DNA of 64,000 nt from Candidatus Omnitrophota bacterium (GTDB lineage: Bacteria > Omnitrophota > Gorgyraeia > Tantalellales > Tantalellaceae). The notes below the pieces were generated by a model. That model was not told where the DNA came from, searched no databases, and was given only the letters and a program-made list of their open reading frames with translations. A program made the translations under genes and the position numbers. Where the stretch lies: contig DAONGE010000005.1 in the NCBI GenBank assembly GCA_035403965.1, positions 11,009 through 75,008 of the forward strand, written 5' to 3'. Position 1 is the first letter of the stretch. Every line of letters begins with the position of its first letter. Shown here piece after piece: positions 49,020-58,989 of this stretch.

Positions 49020-49378
49020 AAGAATAGTAGGAAAAGATTAAATGGTGCGCGGAGAAGCCGAAGGCTCCTCGCCTCGCGCGTGCAAGAGAGAAGGACTTTG
49101 GATAGGAAAAACTCGGGTAAAAAGAGAGTAGGTTTTTACTAGACAAAGGACTTCGAGCTTGCGGTTAGGCCGAAGGCCAAACAAAGCAAAGAGAGTAGGA
49201 AAAGATTAAATGGTGCGCGGAGAAGCCGAAGGCTCCTCGCCTCGCGCGTGCAAGAGAGAAGGACTTTGGATAGGAAAAACTCGGGTAAAAAGAGAGTAGG
49301 TTTTTACTAGACAAAGGACTTCGAGCTTGCGGTTAGGCCGAAGGCCAAACAAAGCAAAGAGAGTAGGAAAAGATTAAA
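49020..49378 (-). repeat. tandem roughly 168-bp repeats (about 2.2 copies) 3' of tRNA-Leu(GAG), each regenerating the tRNA 3' acceptor end (…CTCCGCGCACCA)
   Basis: Unit boundaries at 49028, 49194 and 49363 (plus strand GTAGGAAAAGATTAAATGGTGCGCG). Each unit contains GCGCGAG (tRNA 5' acceptor sequence), an 8-bp hairpin (GAGGAGCC-TTC-GGCTTCTC), a GGCCGAAGGCC hairpin and a terminal GCGCACCA. Confidence 0.8.
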
Positions 49379-49465
49379 TGGTGCGCGAGGCGAGACTTGA
49401 ACTCGCACAGGATTGCTCCCCCCAGCCCCTCAAACTGGTGCGTCTGCCGTTCCGCCACTCGCGCA
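49379..49465 (-). tRNA. tRNA-Leu (GAG)
   Basis: Reverse complement GCGCGAGTGGCGGAACGGCAGACGCACCAGTTTGAGGGGCTGG…GCGAGTTCAAGTCTCGCCTCGCGCACCA. Anticodon stem CCAGT/GCTGG with loop TTGAGGG. Long variable arm. Encoded CCA. Confidence 0.8.
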
Positions 49466-49704
49466 CTGTAATAGGCCCGAAATATCCGGGTCGAGGTTCA
49501 TTTATTCTATTGCAGGAGAGCTTTTTCGTCAAGATATGATTACAAGAGAATTTATTGTAAAAGGTCCAAAGTGGAAAACAAATAAAATCTAGTTTACAAC
49601 AAAATTATAGTATGCTATAATTTTGTTGTAAACTAGATTTATGTCGATTTGCGGGCTTATAGAGATAAAAGCTAGTATTTTAGGTGAATAAGGAGTTTGC
49701 TTCT

Positions 49705-50922
49705 GTGCGGATGAGAAGATCTATAAAATTAATTGGTGTTACATTGATCGCTGTATCACTTTTCGGATGCGCGACCGTGAGTCGTCGTGCCGTTCCTCTG
49801 GAGATGATGAGTAAGGCAAATGTTGAGGGGATGTGTGATATCAGGGCATTCAGTGGTAGTCCCAGCGAAGTCTTTAAGAATGATTATTTGGATTTATTAG
49901 AACAGACTGAAAAAAAATCCGGGTTCGCGTTTCTCTCGAAGCTTTTGTCCGAGACAAAGTTCGATGTTCTTGCTATTTCGGGAGGTGCGGCGAATGGCGC
50001 GTATGGGGCAGGGCTTCTTAACGGATGGACAAAACAGGGGACACGGCCAGAATTTAAGATAGTGACCGGTATAAGCACAGGGGCGATTATCGCCCCATTC
50101 GCTTTTCTTGGCAGTAAATATGACGGGAAACTCGAAGAGTTTTATACACGGTATTCAACGAAAGACGTGATCAGCCCTAAATTATCTAAGAACTCTTTGG
50201 CGAGTACGCGTCCGCTCCAACGTATTATCGCGAAGTATATCGATAAAGAAGTGTTATCTGAAATAGCCAATGAGTATCGAAAAGGTCGTCGGCTTTATAT
50301 AGGTACGACCAATCTGGACGCGCAGCAGCTTGTGATATGGGATATGGGTAAGATAGCGGTAAAGGGGAACGACGAGGCATTAGATCTTTTTAGACGCGTT
50401 ATTTTAGCGTCGGCATCTATCCCAATAGCTTTTCCTCCGGTCTATTTCAAGGTTGAGGTTGGCGGGGAAGAGTATGATGAAATGCATGTAGATGGGGGCG
50501 TGACAAAACAGGTGTTTTTTCTTTATGATGTTCTTATCGGGATGGACAAGGCGCTAAAAGCGAAACGGATCGATATGTCGAAAGTTAAATATAGCATTTA
50601 TGTGATACGGAATGGTTACTCGGATCCGGTGTGGCAGGAAATCCGGGATGAGATATCGTCAATCGCGGAGCGTACTTTGGATACAATGACGAACGCGCAA
50701 AGCACGGGGGATCTGTATCAGCTGTATCTTTTTACAAGCGTCAGTAACGGGGATTTTAATCTGGCTTATATTCCTTCGACCAGTAAATGGCATTCTAAAG
50801 AATTGTTTGATAAAGAAGTGATGAAGAAACTTTTCGATCTCGGTTTCGCTCAGGCGGAAAAAGGGTATGCATGGCAAAAAGTCCCGCCGGGGTTTGATCC
50901 GGAGATAGCGAAAAAACAATGA
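49705..50922 (+). CDS. patatin-like phospholipase lipoprotein
   Basis: Lipobox LFGC. Oxyanion ISGGAANGAYGAG. GISTG nucleophile elbow. DGG catalytic Asp. The 49705 GTG start is 9 nt downstream of an AAGGAG RBS. Confidence 0.75.
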   Translation: MRMRRSIKLIGVTLIAVSLFGCATVSRRAVPLEMMSKANVEGMCDIRAFSGSPSEVFKNDYLDLLEQTEKKSGFAFLSKLLSETKFDVLAISGGAANGAYGAGLLNGWTKQGTRPEFKIVTGISTGAIIAPFAFLGSKYDGKLEEFYTRYSTKDVISPKLSKNSLASTRPLQRIIAKYIDKEVLSEIANEYRKGRRLYIGTTNLDAQQLVIWDMGKIAVKGNDEALDLFRRVILASASIPIAFPPVYFKVEVGGEEYDEMHVDGGVTKQVFFLYDVLIGMDKALKAKRIDMSKVKYSIYVIRNGYSDPVWQEIRDEISSIAERTLDTMTNAQSTGDLYQLYLFTSVSNGDFNLAYIPSTSKWHSKELFDKEVMKKLFDLGFAQAEKGYAWQKVPPGFDPEIAKKQ

Positions 50923-51063
50923 AAAATTTGAAAATGGATAATTTTGTAAAAAAACATAAAATGTTGTTTATATGGATAGCGATAATTTTGTTTTATGCAG
51001 TTTCAACTGTGATAGCGTTCCGTGCTGTCGAATAGAAGTAAAAAGGGCATCCCGGGAGGGTAA

Positions 51064-52071
51064 ATGAATATTACAGATGTTGCTCTGATGATAAAAGGGA
51101 TCATAGAAGGGAATAATAGAGTGGAGATTTGTGGATTTAATGGAATCGATACTGTTCATTTGAATGAACTTACCTTTGCGGTGGATGATGAACATTTGGG
51201 AATGGCCGAAAAAAGTATGGCTGCGTGTGTTCTTACGAATAAGATCGTTAGAAAATCCACTAAACCCTTAATAAGGGTAGAAAATCCTAAGCTCGCATTT
51301 GTGATGTTGTACAACAAATTCAATCTACGAGAAGTTAAACCGGAATTTATACACCCAAAAGCCGTCGTTTCTTCTTCTGCCAGATTAGGAAAAAATGTTT
51401 GGATCGGGTCCGGAGCAGTAATTGAAGACGACGTGATAATAGGAGACAATACGGTCATTGAGAGTAATTCAGTCGTTAAATGCAAGGTTCAAATAGGTTT
51501 GAATTGTCATTTATATCCGAATGTGACTATTTATGAAAATGTTAAATTAGGTAAAAATGTGATACTTCATGCTGGAGCTGTAGTGGGGTCAGATGGATTT
51601 GGCTACGTTAAAGATGGAGGGGAAGTCTATAAATTCCCGCAGCAGGGGTCAGTTATTGTTGAAAATGATGTCGAAATAGGGGCGAACACAACGGTTGATA
51701 GAGGGGCTTTAAGCGATACGATAATTGGTGCAAAGACAAAAATAGACAATCTTTGTCAGATTGCACATAACGTTAAGATTGGGCGGAATGGTTTTATTGC
51801 CGCGCAGTGTGGTATATCCGGAAGCACTATTGTCGGGGACAATGTTATGATGGGGGGACAGTCGGGTATCGTTGACAACATCGTAGTGGGAGATAATGTT
51901 ACGATAGCAGCTAAAAGCGCTGTTATCGGAGATATAAAAAGCAATAGCGTGGTTTGGGGAACGCCAGCCAGGCAGATAGCGCAAACAAAAAAACAGATGG
52001 CGGTTCTCTCGTGGGTTACAAAAAATTTTAAATCGCTTTCATATATTATGGGGAAGAAGACAGATCAATAA
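51064..52071 (+). CDS. lpxD: UDP-3-O-(3-hydroxyacyl)glucosamine N-acyltransferase
   Basis: LpxD-type N-terminal domain and hexapeptide left-handed beta-helix repeats. 335 aa. Confidence 0.85.
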   Translation: MNITDVALMIKGIIEGNNRVEICGFNGIDTVHLNELTFAVDDEHLGMAEKSMAACVLTNKIVRKSTKPLIRVENPKLAFVMLYNKFNLREVKPEFIHPKAVVSSSARLGKNVWIGSGAVIEDDVIIGDNTVIESNSVVKCKVQIGLNCHLYPNVTIYENVKLGKNVILHAGAVVGSDGFGYVKDGGEVYKFPQQGSVIVENDVEIGANTTVDRGALSDTIIGAKTKIDNLCQIAHNVKIGRNGFIAAQCGISGSTIVGDNVMMGGQSGIVDNIVVGDNVTIAAKSAVIGDIKSNSVVWGTPARQIAQTKKQMAVLSWVTKNFKSLSYIMGKKTDQ

Positions 52072-52085
52072 AGACGGCGGTTGAT

Positions 52086-52766
52086 ATGAAAGAAAAAATG
52101 ACAGAGTCGAATAAAAACGGATCATTACGAGCGATGAAATATGCCCGTACGAAGATAGCCGTGATGAACGCTTTTATAGCACGTCTCAGGGAAAAAAGTT
52201 TTGACGATATCTCTATACAGGAGATATGCAGGGAGGCAGAGATATCCGAGGGGACTTTCTTTAACTATTTTCCCGCTAAGATCGACATAATATACTATTA
52301 TTCCTTTATGATGTTTCTGAAGATCGAATGGTGCGCGTGTCAGGAGATCCCGGAAGGGAAATACCTCTCGCGTATAAATACGGCTTTTGAGAAATTGGCC
52401 GAGGAGATGAATAGCCCGAATATGTTGTATCAGCTGGTGGCGTTGATGATAACCCAGAAAAACCGTCCTTCTAAAATATCCATATCTTCTATAGAACGGG
52501 AGCTTGTTTTCCCGAATTGTAACGGTATAAACGATATGCCGCTTTTATTTATTGATGAGTTTCTTAATGAGCAATTAAACGAAGCGCTAGCCAATAAAGA
52601 ACTTCCGAAGAATATTGAGATAGAGGATATGCAGATATCGTTGATATCGATATTAGGTGGTACATTGCTGGCCACGAAGTTCGGGAATATTATTAACATC
52701 AAATATCACTATATGCGCCAGCTTCATCTTTTTTGGAAGTCGCTGGGCATTACGGTAAAAAAGTAG
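52086..52766 (+). CDS. TetR/AcrR family transcriptional regulator
   Basis: N-terminal HTH (…FDDISIQEICREAEISEGTFFNYF…). Confidence 0.8.
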   Translation: MKEKMTESNKNGSLRAMKYARTKIAVMNAFIARLREKSFDDISIQEICREAEISEGTFFNYFPAKIDIIYYYSFMMFLKIEWCACQEIPEGKYLSRINTAFEKLAEEMNSPNMLYQLVALMITQKNRPSKISISSIERELVFPNCNGINDMPLLFIDEFLNEQLNEALANKELPKNIEIEDMQISLISILGGTLLATKFGNIINIKYHYMRQLHLFWKSLGITVKK

Positions 52767-52780
52767 AGGATGATGAAAGG

Positions 52781-54157
52781 ATGAGAATAGTGCCGGATAA
52801 AAATATTAGCAGATCGTTGATAACGATAGTTTTGAGCGTGGTTTGTGTATTTACGGGAAATGTGCCTAACGCGATAAGCGCGGAAAATCCCGGCAAAATA
52901 TCATGCGGAGAGAATCGGCTTATAACCATGTCGGATGGTATTAATCGTGTGCTGAAAGACGGCCGATTGATAAAGATAGAGATGTCGGATGAGGATATGT
53001 CGTTCGCGGATACGATCGTGGCTCTTTCTCCTCTTTTGCCGCATGTAAGAGCGAATATGTCACAGACATATAATAGATACGTGCCGGAAATGTTATTTGG
53101 TAGTCAAGCTGTCGCGATGGGTGAAAAAGAGCCGTTCGCCGGAGGGGTGTCTATATATCAGACGCTGTTTGATTTTGGGAAAAGCATATCGAATTACCGC
53201 GCCGCTACTGAAATATTGCATGCCAAAAAAGCGACTGTCGAAAGCGTTAAAAGGGCTGTGACGCTGGAATTTATCATGGCTTATCTGGATGTCCTTGAAA
53301 GCGAGAAGATGATAACGGTTGCCGAGAAAGAGACGGAAAGCATTACCGCGTATCTTAAAGATATGACAAGCATGTACGAACAGGGAGTGATAGTGGAGAA
53401 CGATCTTTTGGCCGCAAAGGTGAAATTATCCGACGCGGAACAGAGGCTGATAGCGGTGCGCAATCACAGGGCTGTCGCGGCGGCAAAAATAAACACTTTA
53501 CTCACATTGTCTCTTGTTGATGAAATAGCGGTCAGGGACATTAAGTCCGAGATCCCGGCTATTTCCGATATTAAAGATGCATGGCAAAACGCCGAGAAAC
53601 TTCGTCCTGAGATAAAGTTCTATAACAGTCAGATAAAATCCTCAAACTTAAGGGAAAACGCCAAAGCTGTGCAGAATTTGCCGACGATCTTTACCGAGGG
53701 AGGATATTCATATGGGGAGAACAGATATATGGTTCATCAGCATACGACGTATTGGATGTTCGGGGCGAAGATGGACCTTTATGACGGAGGCTTATCGGTG
53801 GGCGATGTGTCTAAGGAGAGAGCGTTCCAAAGGCAGTTGTGTGAACAAAAGAACAAGTTGATAGACGATATGCGCTTCGAGATAAAGGCGAGTTATGTGG
53901 GATTGCAGGACGCTATTAAAAAAGTAGCCGTGACAAAGGACGCATTAGCGCAGTCCGAAGAGAATGTCCGCTTTTACCGGGTTAAATACAATAACGGCGC
54001 TGCCACTTCGACCGATGTTCTTGAAGCTATAGCGTTGCAAACTAAGGCGCAGGCGAATTATTATACCGCTGATTATGAAGCCAAACGTTATTATGCGAAA
54101 CTAATGTACTCAACCGGGGCCGATATGGTCTCCTTTTACAATGAAACGGAGAAATGA
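52781..54157 (+). CDS. TolC-family outer membrane efflux protein
   Basis: Signal peptide. Two-repeat alpha-helical/beta-barrel OEP pattern. Upstream of a membrane fusion protein gene. Confidence 0.75.
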   Translation: MRIVPDKNISRSLITIVLSVVCVFTGNVPNAISAENPGKISCGENRLITMSDGINRVLKDGRLIKIEMSDEDMSFADTIVALSPLLPHVRANMSQTYNRYVPEMLFGSQAVAMGEKEPFAGGVSIYQTLFDFGKSISNYRAATEILHAKKATVESVKRAVTLEFIMAYLDVLESEKMITVAEKETESITAYLKDMTSMYEQGVIVENDLLAAKVKLSDAEQRLIAVRNHRAVAAAKINTLLTLSLVDEIAVRDIKSEIPAISDIKDAWQNAEKLRPEIKFYNSQIKSSNLRENAKAVQNLPTIFTEGGYSYGENRYMVHQHTTYWMFGAKMDLYDGGLSVGDVSKERAFQRQLCEQKNKLIDDMRFEIKASYVGLQDAIKKVAVTKDALAQSEENVRFYRVKYNNGAATSTDVLEAIALQTKAQANYYTADYEAKRYYAKLMYSTGADMVSFYNETEK

Positions 54158-55011
54158 AAATGGGTATAAAAAATAAAAAAATGTTCTATTCAATAGCTGG
54201 AAGTATTGTTGTTTTAGGCTTTATTGTTGTTATGCGCATTATCGGCGGAGGATGGGTTGAGACGGACGATGCCTTTGTGGAAGGAAGGATACATAGCATA
54301 GCGGCAAAGATCCCGGGAACGGTCAGATCCGTGAACGTGGAAGATAATCAGACGGTTAAAGCGGGGGACATACTGGTTGAGATAGATCCTGTGGATTTCG
54401 AATTGAGGGTCAAAGAGGCTAAAGCGAATTTGGATATACGGAAAACGGCGTTTGATCAGTCGGAGCGTGACAGGAATAGGGCAGACGCGCTGTTTAAAGA
54501 CAATGTTTTGCCAAAAGAAAAGCATGAAAATATCCTTACGGCCTTTAATCTGGCGAAAGCGCAACTCGATGCTGCTGAGGCACAGCTTAAAATAGCCGAA
54601 CGGAATCTGGAATATACAAAGATATGCGCGCCTGTCGACGGTCATGTGACAAAAAAATCCGTAGAGAAAGGTAATCAAATACAGCCGATGCAGCCTCTTA
54701 TGGCGGTGGTGTCTAATGAGATGTGGGTTGTCGCGAATTTTAAGGAAACACAGTTAGCGAGAATGCGCCCCGGGCAAAAGGTGGAGATAGAAGTAGATGC
54801 GTATCCCGGGAAAGTTTTTAAAGGACATGTGGATAGCGTTCAGCGCGGGACCGGTTCTAAGTTCAGCATGTTCCCTCCGGAGAACGCCGCAGGCAATTTC
54901 GTTAAAGTGGTTCAGCGCATACCGGTGAAAATAGTTTTCGACGGACCAGTGGATGAAAAATGTCCGTTAAGTATCGGGATGTCGGTTATTCCAAAAGTAA
55001 AGGTACGTTAA
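54154..55011 (+). CDS. HlyD/EmrA-family membrane fusion protein
   Basis: N-terminal TM, biotinyl-lipoyl-like and coiled-coil segments. Start overlaps the TolC stop. Confidence 0.8.
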   Translation: MKMGIKNKKMFYSIAGSIVVLGFIVVMRIIGGGWVETDDAFVEGRIHSIAAKIPGTVRSVNVEDNQTVKAGDILVEIDPVDFELRVKEAKANLDIRKTAFDQSERDRNRADALFKDNVLPKEKHENILTAFNLAKAQLDAAEAQLKIAERNLEYTKICAPVDGHVTKKSVEKGNQIQPMQPLMAVVSNEMWVVANFKETQLARMRPGQKVEIEVDAYPGKVFKGHVDSVQRGTGSKFSMFPPENAAGNFVKVVQRIPVKIVFDGPVDEKCPLSIGMSVIPKVKVR

Positions 55012-56555
55012 TGCAGGGACAAGAAGACGAAGATTCCCTCCATGCCGATTGGAAGCCCAGGCACAATCCATGGCTGGTATGTATGTCGGTTATGCTGCCG
55101 ACTATCATGGAGGTTCTTGATACAACGATAACAAATGTGGCCTTGCCGCACATAGCGGGAAATATGGCCGTCAGTACACATGAGGCGACATGGGTGTTGA
55201 CAAGTTATCTTGTGGCGAACGCTATTATTTTGCCCGCCGCGGCGTGGTTCAGCGGTTTTTTTGGCAGGAAGAATTTTTTGAATATATGTATCATTCTATT
55301 CACTATAGCTTCGTTGATGTGCGGAATAGCTAAAAGTCTTGGTTTCCTGCTTTTTGCCAGAGCCTGCCAGGGGTTCGGCGGAGGAGCTTTGATGCCTATA
55401 TCCCAATCGGTCCTTCTGGAAAGTTTCCCTAAAGAAAAAAGAGGCATGGCTATGGCGGTTTTCGCTATAGGTGTCATTGTGGCGCCCATTGTGGGGCCTG
55501 TTGTAGGCGGATGGCTTACCGATAATTTTTCATGGCGGTGGGTGTTTTTTATAAATCTTCCCGTGGGGATAGCGGCTATTTTCTTTACCGGTCTATTTGT
55601 GGAGGATCCGCCGTATATAAAAAGAAAAAGCGCTATGATAGATTATGTCGGTTTCGCTCTGATGGCCATAGGGCTGGGGCTCCTTCAGGTGGTTCTGGAC
55701 AAGGGGCAGGAAGTTGATTGGTTCGCCACGGCGTGGCTTGTTCGGGCTTCCATAATAGTAGTCGTTTCGCTGATAGCCTTTGTTCTATGGGAATTAAGGG
55801 TTGAACATCCGATAGTGAATTTCAGGATACTTAAAGACAGCAATTTTTCCGCGGGGCTTGTCGCCGCGATGATGATAGGTGTGACGATGTACGGTATAGC
55901 CACCATTCTACCGCTGTTTTATCAGACCCTTATGGGGTATCCGGCGTATTTAAGCGGGTTGACCTCGGCGCCTCTTGGGATAGGCGCGTTTGTCGCTTCT
56001 ATTGTTGTCGGGGTTTTAAGTGCCCGTTTTGACGGAAGAATATTTTTTTGTGCCGGGCTAGCTACTTTGGCAATAGGCGCTTTTTGGCTGTCTGACCTGA
56101 ATATGCAAATAGCTATGCAAACTAAGATACTGCCGATAATTGTGATCGGGGCCGGGTTAAGCATGTCTTTTGTACCGCTCGCGACGCTGACAGTAGGGCA
56201 TCTTGAAAACAAGGACATGGGGAACGCTTCCGGCCTTTTTAATCTGATGCGTAATATCGGGGGAAGTATAGGGATAGCGATGACAACGACGATGTTGGCC
56301 CGTATGTCGCAGGTCCATCAGAATTTTATGGTCGGTCACGTGACCCCGTATGATCCGATGTATCAGCAAGCGGTTCAAGCTGTGGGGCAGACTACCGCAA
56401 ATGGTCTTATTTATCAAACTTTAATGCAACAGTCTACACTTTTAGCATATATCTATACGTTAAGATGGTTTGGTGCGTTGGGTGTGATCTGTATTTTGCT
56501 AGCCATATTTTTCAAAAGGATTGAGCATAAATCCGGCGAAGTTATGATGCACTAA
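55011..56555 (+). CDS. MFS transporter, DHA2 (EmrB/QacA) family
   Basis: 14-TM MFS with the DHA2 motif (…LDTTITNVALPHIAG…). Start at ATG 55011 overlapping the upstream stop. Confidence 0.85.
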   Translation: MQGQEDEDSLHADWKPRHNPWLVCMSVMLPTIMEVLDTTITNVALPHIAGNMAVSTHEATWVLTSYLVANAIILPAAAWFSGFFGRKNFLNICIILFTIASLMCGIAKSLGFLLFARACQGFGGGALMPISQSVLLESFPKEKRGMAMAVFAIGVIVAPIVGPVVGGWLTDNFSWRWVFFINLPVGIAAIFFTGLFVEDPPYIKRKSAMIDYVGFALMAIGLGLLQVVLDKGQEVDWFATAWLVRASIIVVVSLIAFVLWELRVEHPIVNFRILKDSNFSAGLVAAMMIGVTMYGIATILPLFYQTLMGYPAYLSGLTSAPLGIGAFVASIVVGVLSARFDGRIFFCAGLATLAIGAFWLSDLNMQIAMQTKILPIIVIGAGLSMSFVPLATLTVGHLENKDMGNASGLFNLMRNIGGSIGIAMTTTMLARMSQVHQNFMVGHVTPYDPMYQQAVQAVGQTTANGLIYQTLMQQSTLLAYIYTLRWFGALGVICILLAIFFKRIEHKSGEVMMH

Positions 56556-56602
56556 CTTTATCATTGCTTTACTATATATCCATTTTATGCTAAAATAACA
56601 CC

Positions 56603-57010
56603 ATGGAAGAAGACAGGCGCAAGACAAAAAGGTATGCGATTGCGTATCCGATTGAAAATAGCCGGGAATCTTCGCTAAACCTGGTGGATGTTAGTCCTTT
56701 CGGCGTGGGGTTCAAATATCCCGGATTTATTGAAAAAGACCAAAACTTTAATCTGAAAATATTCCTGAAAAAGAAGATGTTTATAGTAAATGCCGTTGTA
56801 GTATATTCGAATCCTATTAGTGCCGGAGAATTCAGTATCGGTGCGAAATTTGAGAATACGCCGGAGGGTTTTATAGAAAATCTGGAGAGGGAAATAGAAG
56901 ACATCGAACATTATCGCCGGGAATGCAGCCGTTATTACAATAAAAATTTCACATTCAAAGAGGCCTCGTTCGCTTATCTGAGAAATAAACTTCCGTCTGA
57001 AATAATCTGA
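56603..57010 (+). CDS. PilZ domain protein (c-di-GMP binding)
   Basis: RRKTKR (RxxxR) and DVSPFGVGF (DxSxxG) PilZ motifs. Confidence 0.7.
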   Translation: MEEDRRKTKRYAIAYPIENSRESSLNLVDVSPFGVGFKYPGFIEKDQNFNLKIFLKKKMFIVNAVVVYSNPISAGEFSIGAKFENTPEGFIENLEREIEDIEHYRRECSRYYNKNFTFKEASFAYLRNKLPSEII

Positions 57011-57023
57011 GATATTCTGGTAG

Positions 57024-57569
57024 TTAACCGCGTAAAATCTTAAGAAGTTCTTCTTTTTTGTCGATCTTGTTTAAGCGCAATTCCTTTGGAATGATATTCT
57101 TAATTGTTTCCGTTTTGCGTTGGGAGGCGTTTGATTGAGTGTTTTCTTTAGCCGTGTTTTTTCTGCTGGATACTGTCATAACGGCCAAGTCGAACAGCCA
57201 AATGAGGAGCCCGGTCAATATAACTCCGCACACAGATACGATAAGTGTCATTCTCTGGGTGGATTCGACCTTATTGTAGAAATAGCGTTTTGTTTCGGTC
57301 AGTTCGTTCTCAAGAGCGACAACACGTTCTCCTGCGGACATTTCGGCGGTCTGGACAGGTGCAATGTGGTTGTTAGCTAGCCGGTAGTTTTCAACACGTG
57401 TTACAGGGCGTGCCGTTCTTTCGGAAGCGGGCACCTTGCTTTTAGGATCTCTCGGAGAAATAAGAGTGCCACGCTGCTTTTCAACCTTTGAATGTGTAGC
57501 CGCGAACACCTCGCCAGCCGATAATAAAAAAAAAGCCATCAGTATATATACAATAAATCTGTTTTTCAT
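57024..57569 (-). CDS. hypothetical membrane protein (signal peptide plus C-terminal TM)
   Basis: Start at MKNRFIVYILMAFFLLSAGEVFA. No known domain. Confidence 0.4.
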   Translation of the reverse strand: MKNRFIVYILMAFFLLSAGEVFAATHSKVEKQRGTLISPRDPKSKVPASERTARPVTRVENYRLANNHIAPVQTAEMSAGERVVALENELTETKRYFYNKVESTQRMTLIVSVCGVILTGLLIWLFDLAVMTVSSRKNTAKENTQSNASQRKTETIKNIIPKELRLNKIDKKEELLKILRG

Positions 57570-57732
57570 AGAAGCTTCCTTAAATTTTTTCAGTAATATT
57601 TTGATCGTGATAAGCAAATAAATAAACTGCTTCATTATACCACATAGACCGAACGATATGAATCGAATTTTAGAGGTTAGTGAGGCTTTTTATTTTATAA
57701 AATGCGTGTATACTGTTTAAGAGGTGATGACG

Positions 57733-58584
57733 ATGTGCAATGCGATTTTGCTATTATCGTGTCCGGATAAGCGTGGGATAACCGCCACAGTTACGAATTT
57801 TGTTTACACGAATAACGGGAATATACTGCACGCTGAACAGCATAAAGACGAGGAAGTAAATATTTTTTTTATGCGTATCGAATGGTCGATGGACGGATTT
57901 GCCATACCCCGTGATAAATTAACCGAAAAGTTCCAGCCAATAGCGGATATGTTTGAGATGAAATGGAGCTTATATTTCACCGATTATATCCCGCGTATGG
58001 CGATATTTGTTTCAAAAAGACTGCATTGTCTGTATGATCTTTTGTTAAGGAACCGTGGAGGGCAGTTCAACTGTGATATCGCACTTATTATCAGCAACCA
58101 CAGGGATGCGAAAAAAGTCGCGGATGAGTTCGGGGTCAGATTCCAGGAATTTATAGTGACAGCAGAGAATAAGATGGCCCAGGAAAAGAAGCAGATAGAA
58201 CTTTTGATGCAGGAACATATAGACGTTGTAGTGTTGGCACGGTATCATCAGATATTTACAGAGCAGTTCGTTCGGGCTTTCGATAACAAGATTATAAACA
58301 TTCACCATTCGTTTCTGCCCGCGTTTATCGGAAAGAATCCATACCATCAGGCCTATCAGAAAGGGGTAAAGCTTATAGGGGCTACAAGCCATTATGTTAC
58401 CGAAAAACTGGATGAGGGGCCGATAATTGAACAGGATACTGCACGAATAAGTCACCGCGACGCTATAGAGGATCTCGTCCGCATGGGAGAGGATCTTGAA
58501 AAGGTAGTATTGGGCAGGGCGGTGGTGTGGCATTTGCAGCGCAAGGTATTGTCCTTCAACAATAAGACCGTAGTATTCGAATAA
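57733..58584 (+). CDS. purU: formyltetrahydrofolate deformylase
   Basis: N-terminal ACT domain and formyltransferase core (…NIHHSFLPAF…GATSHYVTEKLDEGPII…). The ATG at 57733 has the best RBS spacing (AGAGGTGA). Confidence 0.85.
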   Translation: MCNAILLLSCPDKRGITATVTNFVYTNNGNILHAEQHKDEEVNIFFMRIEWSMDGFAIPRDKLTEKFQPIADMFEMKWSLYFTDYIPRMAIFVSKRLHCLYDLLLRNRGGQFNCDIALIISNHRDAKKVADEFGVRFQEFIVTAENKMAQEKKQIELLMQEHIDVVVLARYHQIFTEQFVRAFDNKIINIHHSFLPAFIGKNPYHQAYQKGVKLIGATSHYVTEKLDEGPIIEQDTARISHRDAIEDLVRMGEDLEKVVLGRAVVWHLQRKVLSFNNKTVVFE

Positions 58585-58989
58585 ATTTTAAAAGTGTTAA
58601 TTATCCTGTCTTCTGTGAATCCGAATATTATCTGTGGATAACTAATGTGACTGTTGCATAAGGTACTATAAAATAACATGTTATGCGATAACTGCGGTGT
58701 GTTATGTTTGGGGATAACCATTTGACAGAATAGGGATAATGGGTAGCAATAAAATCGTATATATTTTTGTACAAACTGACTTTCACAAAAAATAGGTTGA
58801 CTAACATTGGGTATTTGTTTAAAATAATGTTGTTTTTCGCTCCAGTTAGGATATGCATACATCGCTTGTAACCATTTATATTTTTTGCGGTTCAGAAAAA
58901 CAGTCAGGATCCAAGAGTTCGGCATAAAGTATGCTGAGTTTTTTTTGAATAAGTTAACAAACGAAAATACCTAACAAGGAGGGTATATC

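Noticed and set aside
58600-58989. Replication origin (oriC) at the GGATAAC cluster
   Set aside because: No dnaA, dnaN, gidA or parAB context. Only 4 boxes. No obvious 13-mer AT-rich DUE repeats identified. Retained as a regulatory-site finding instead.
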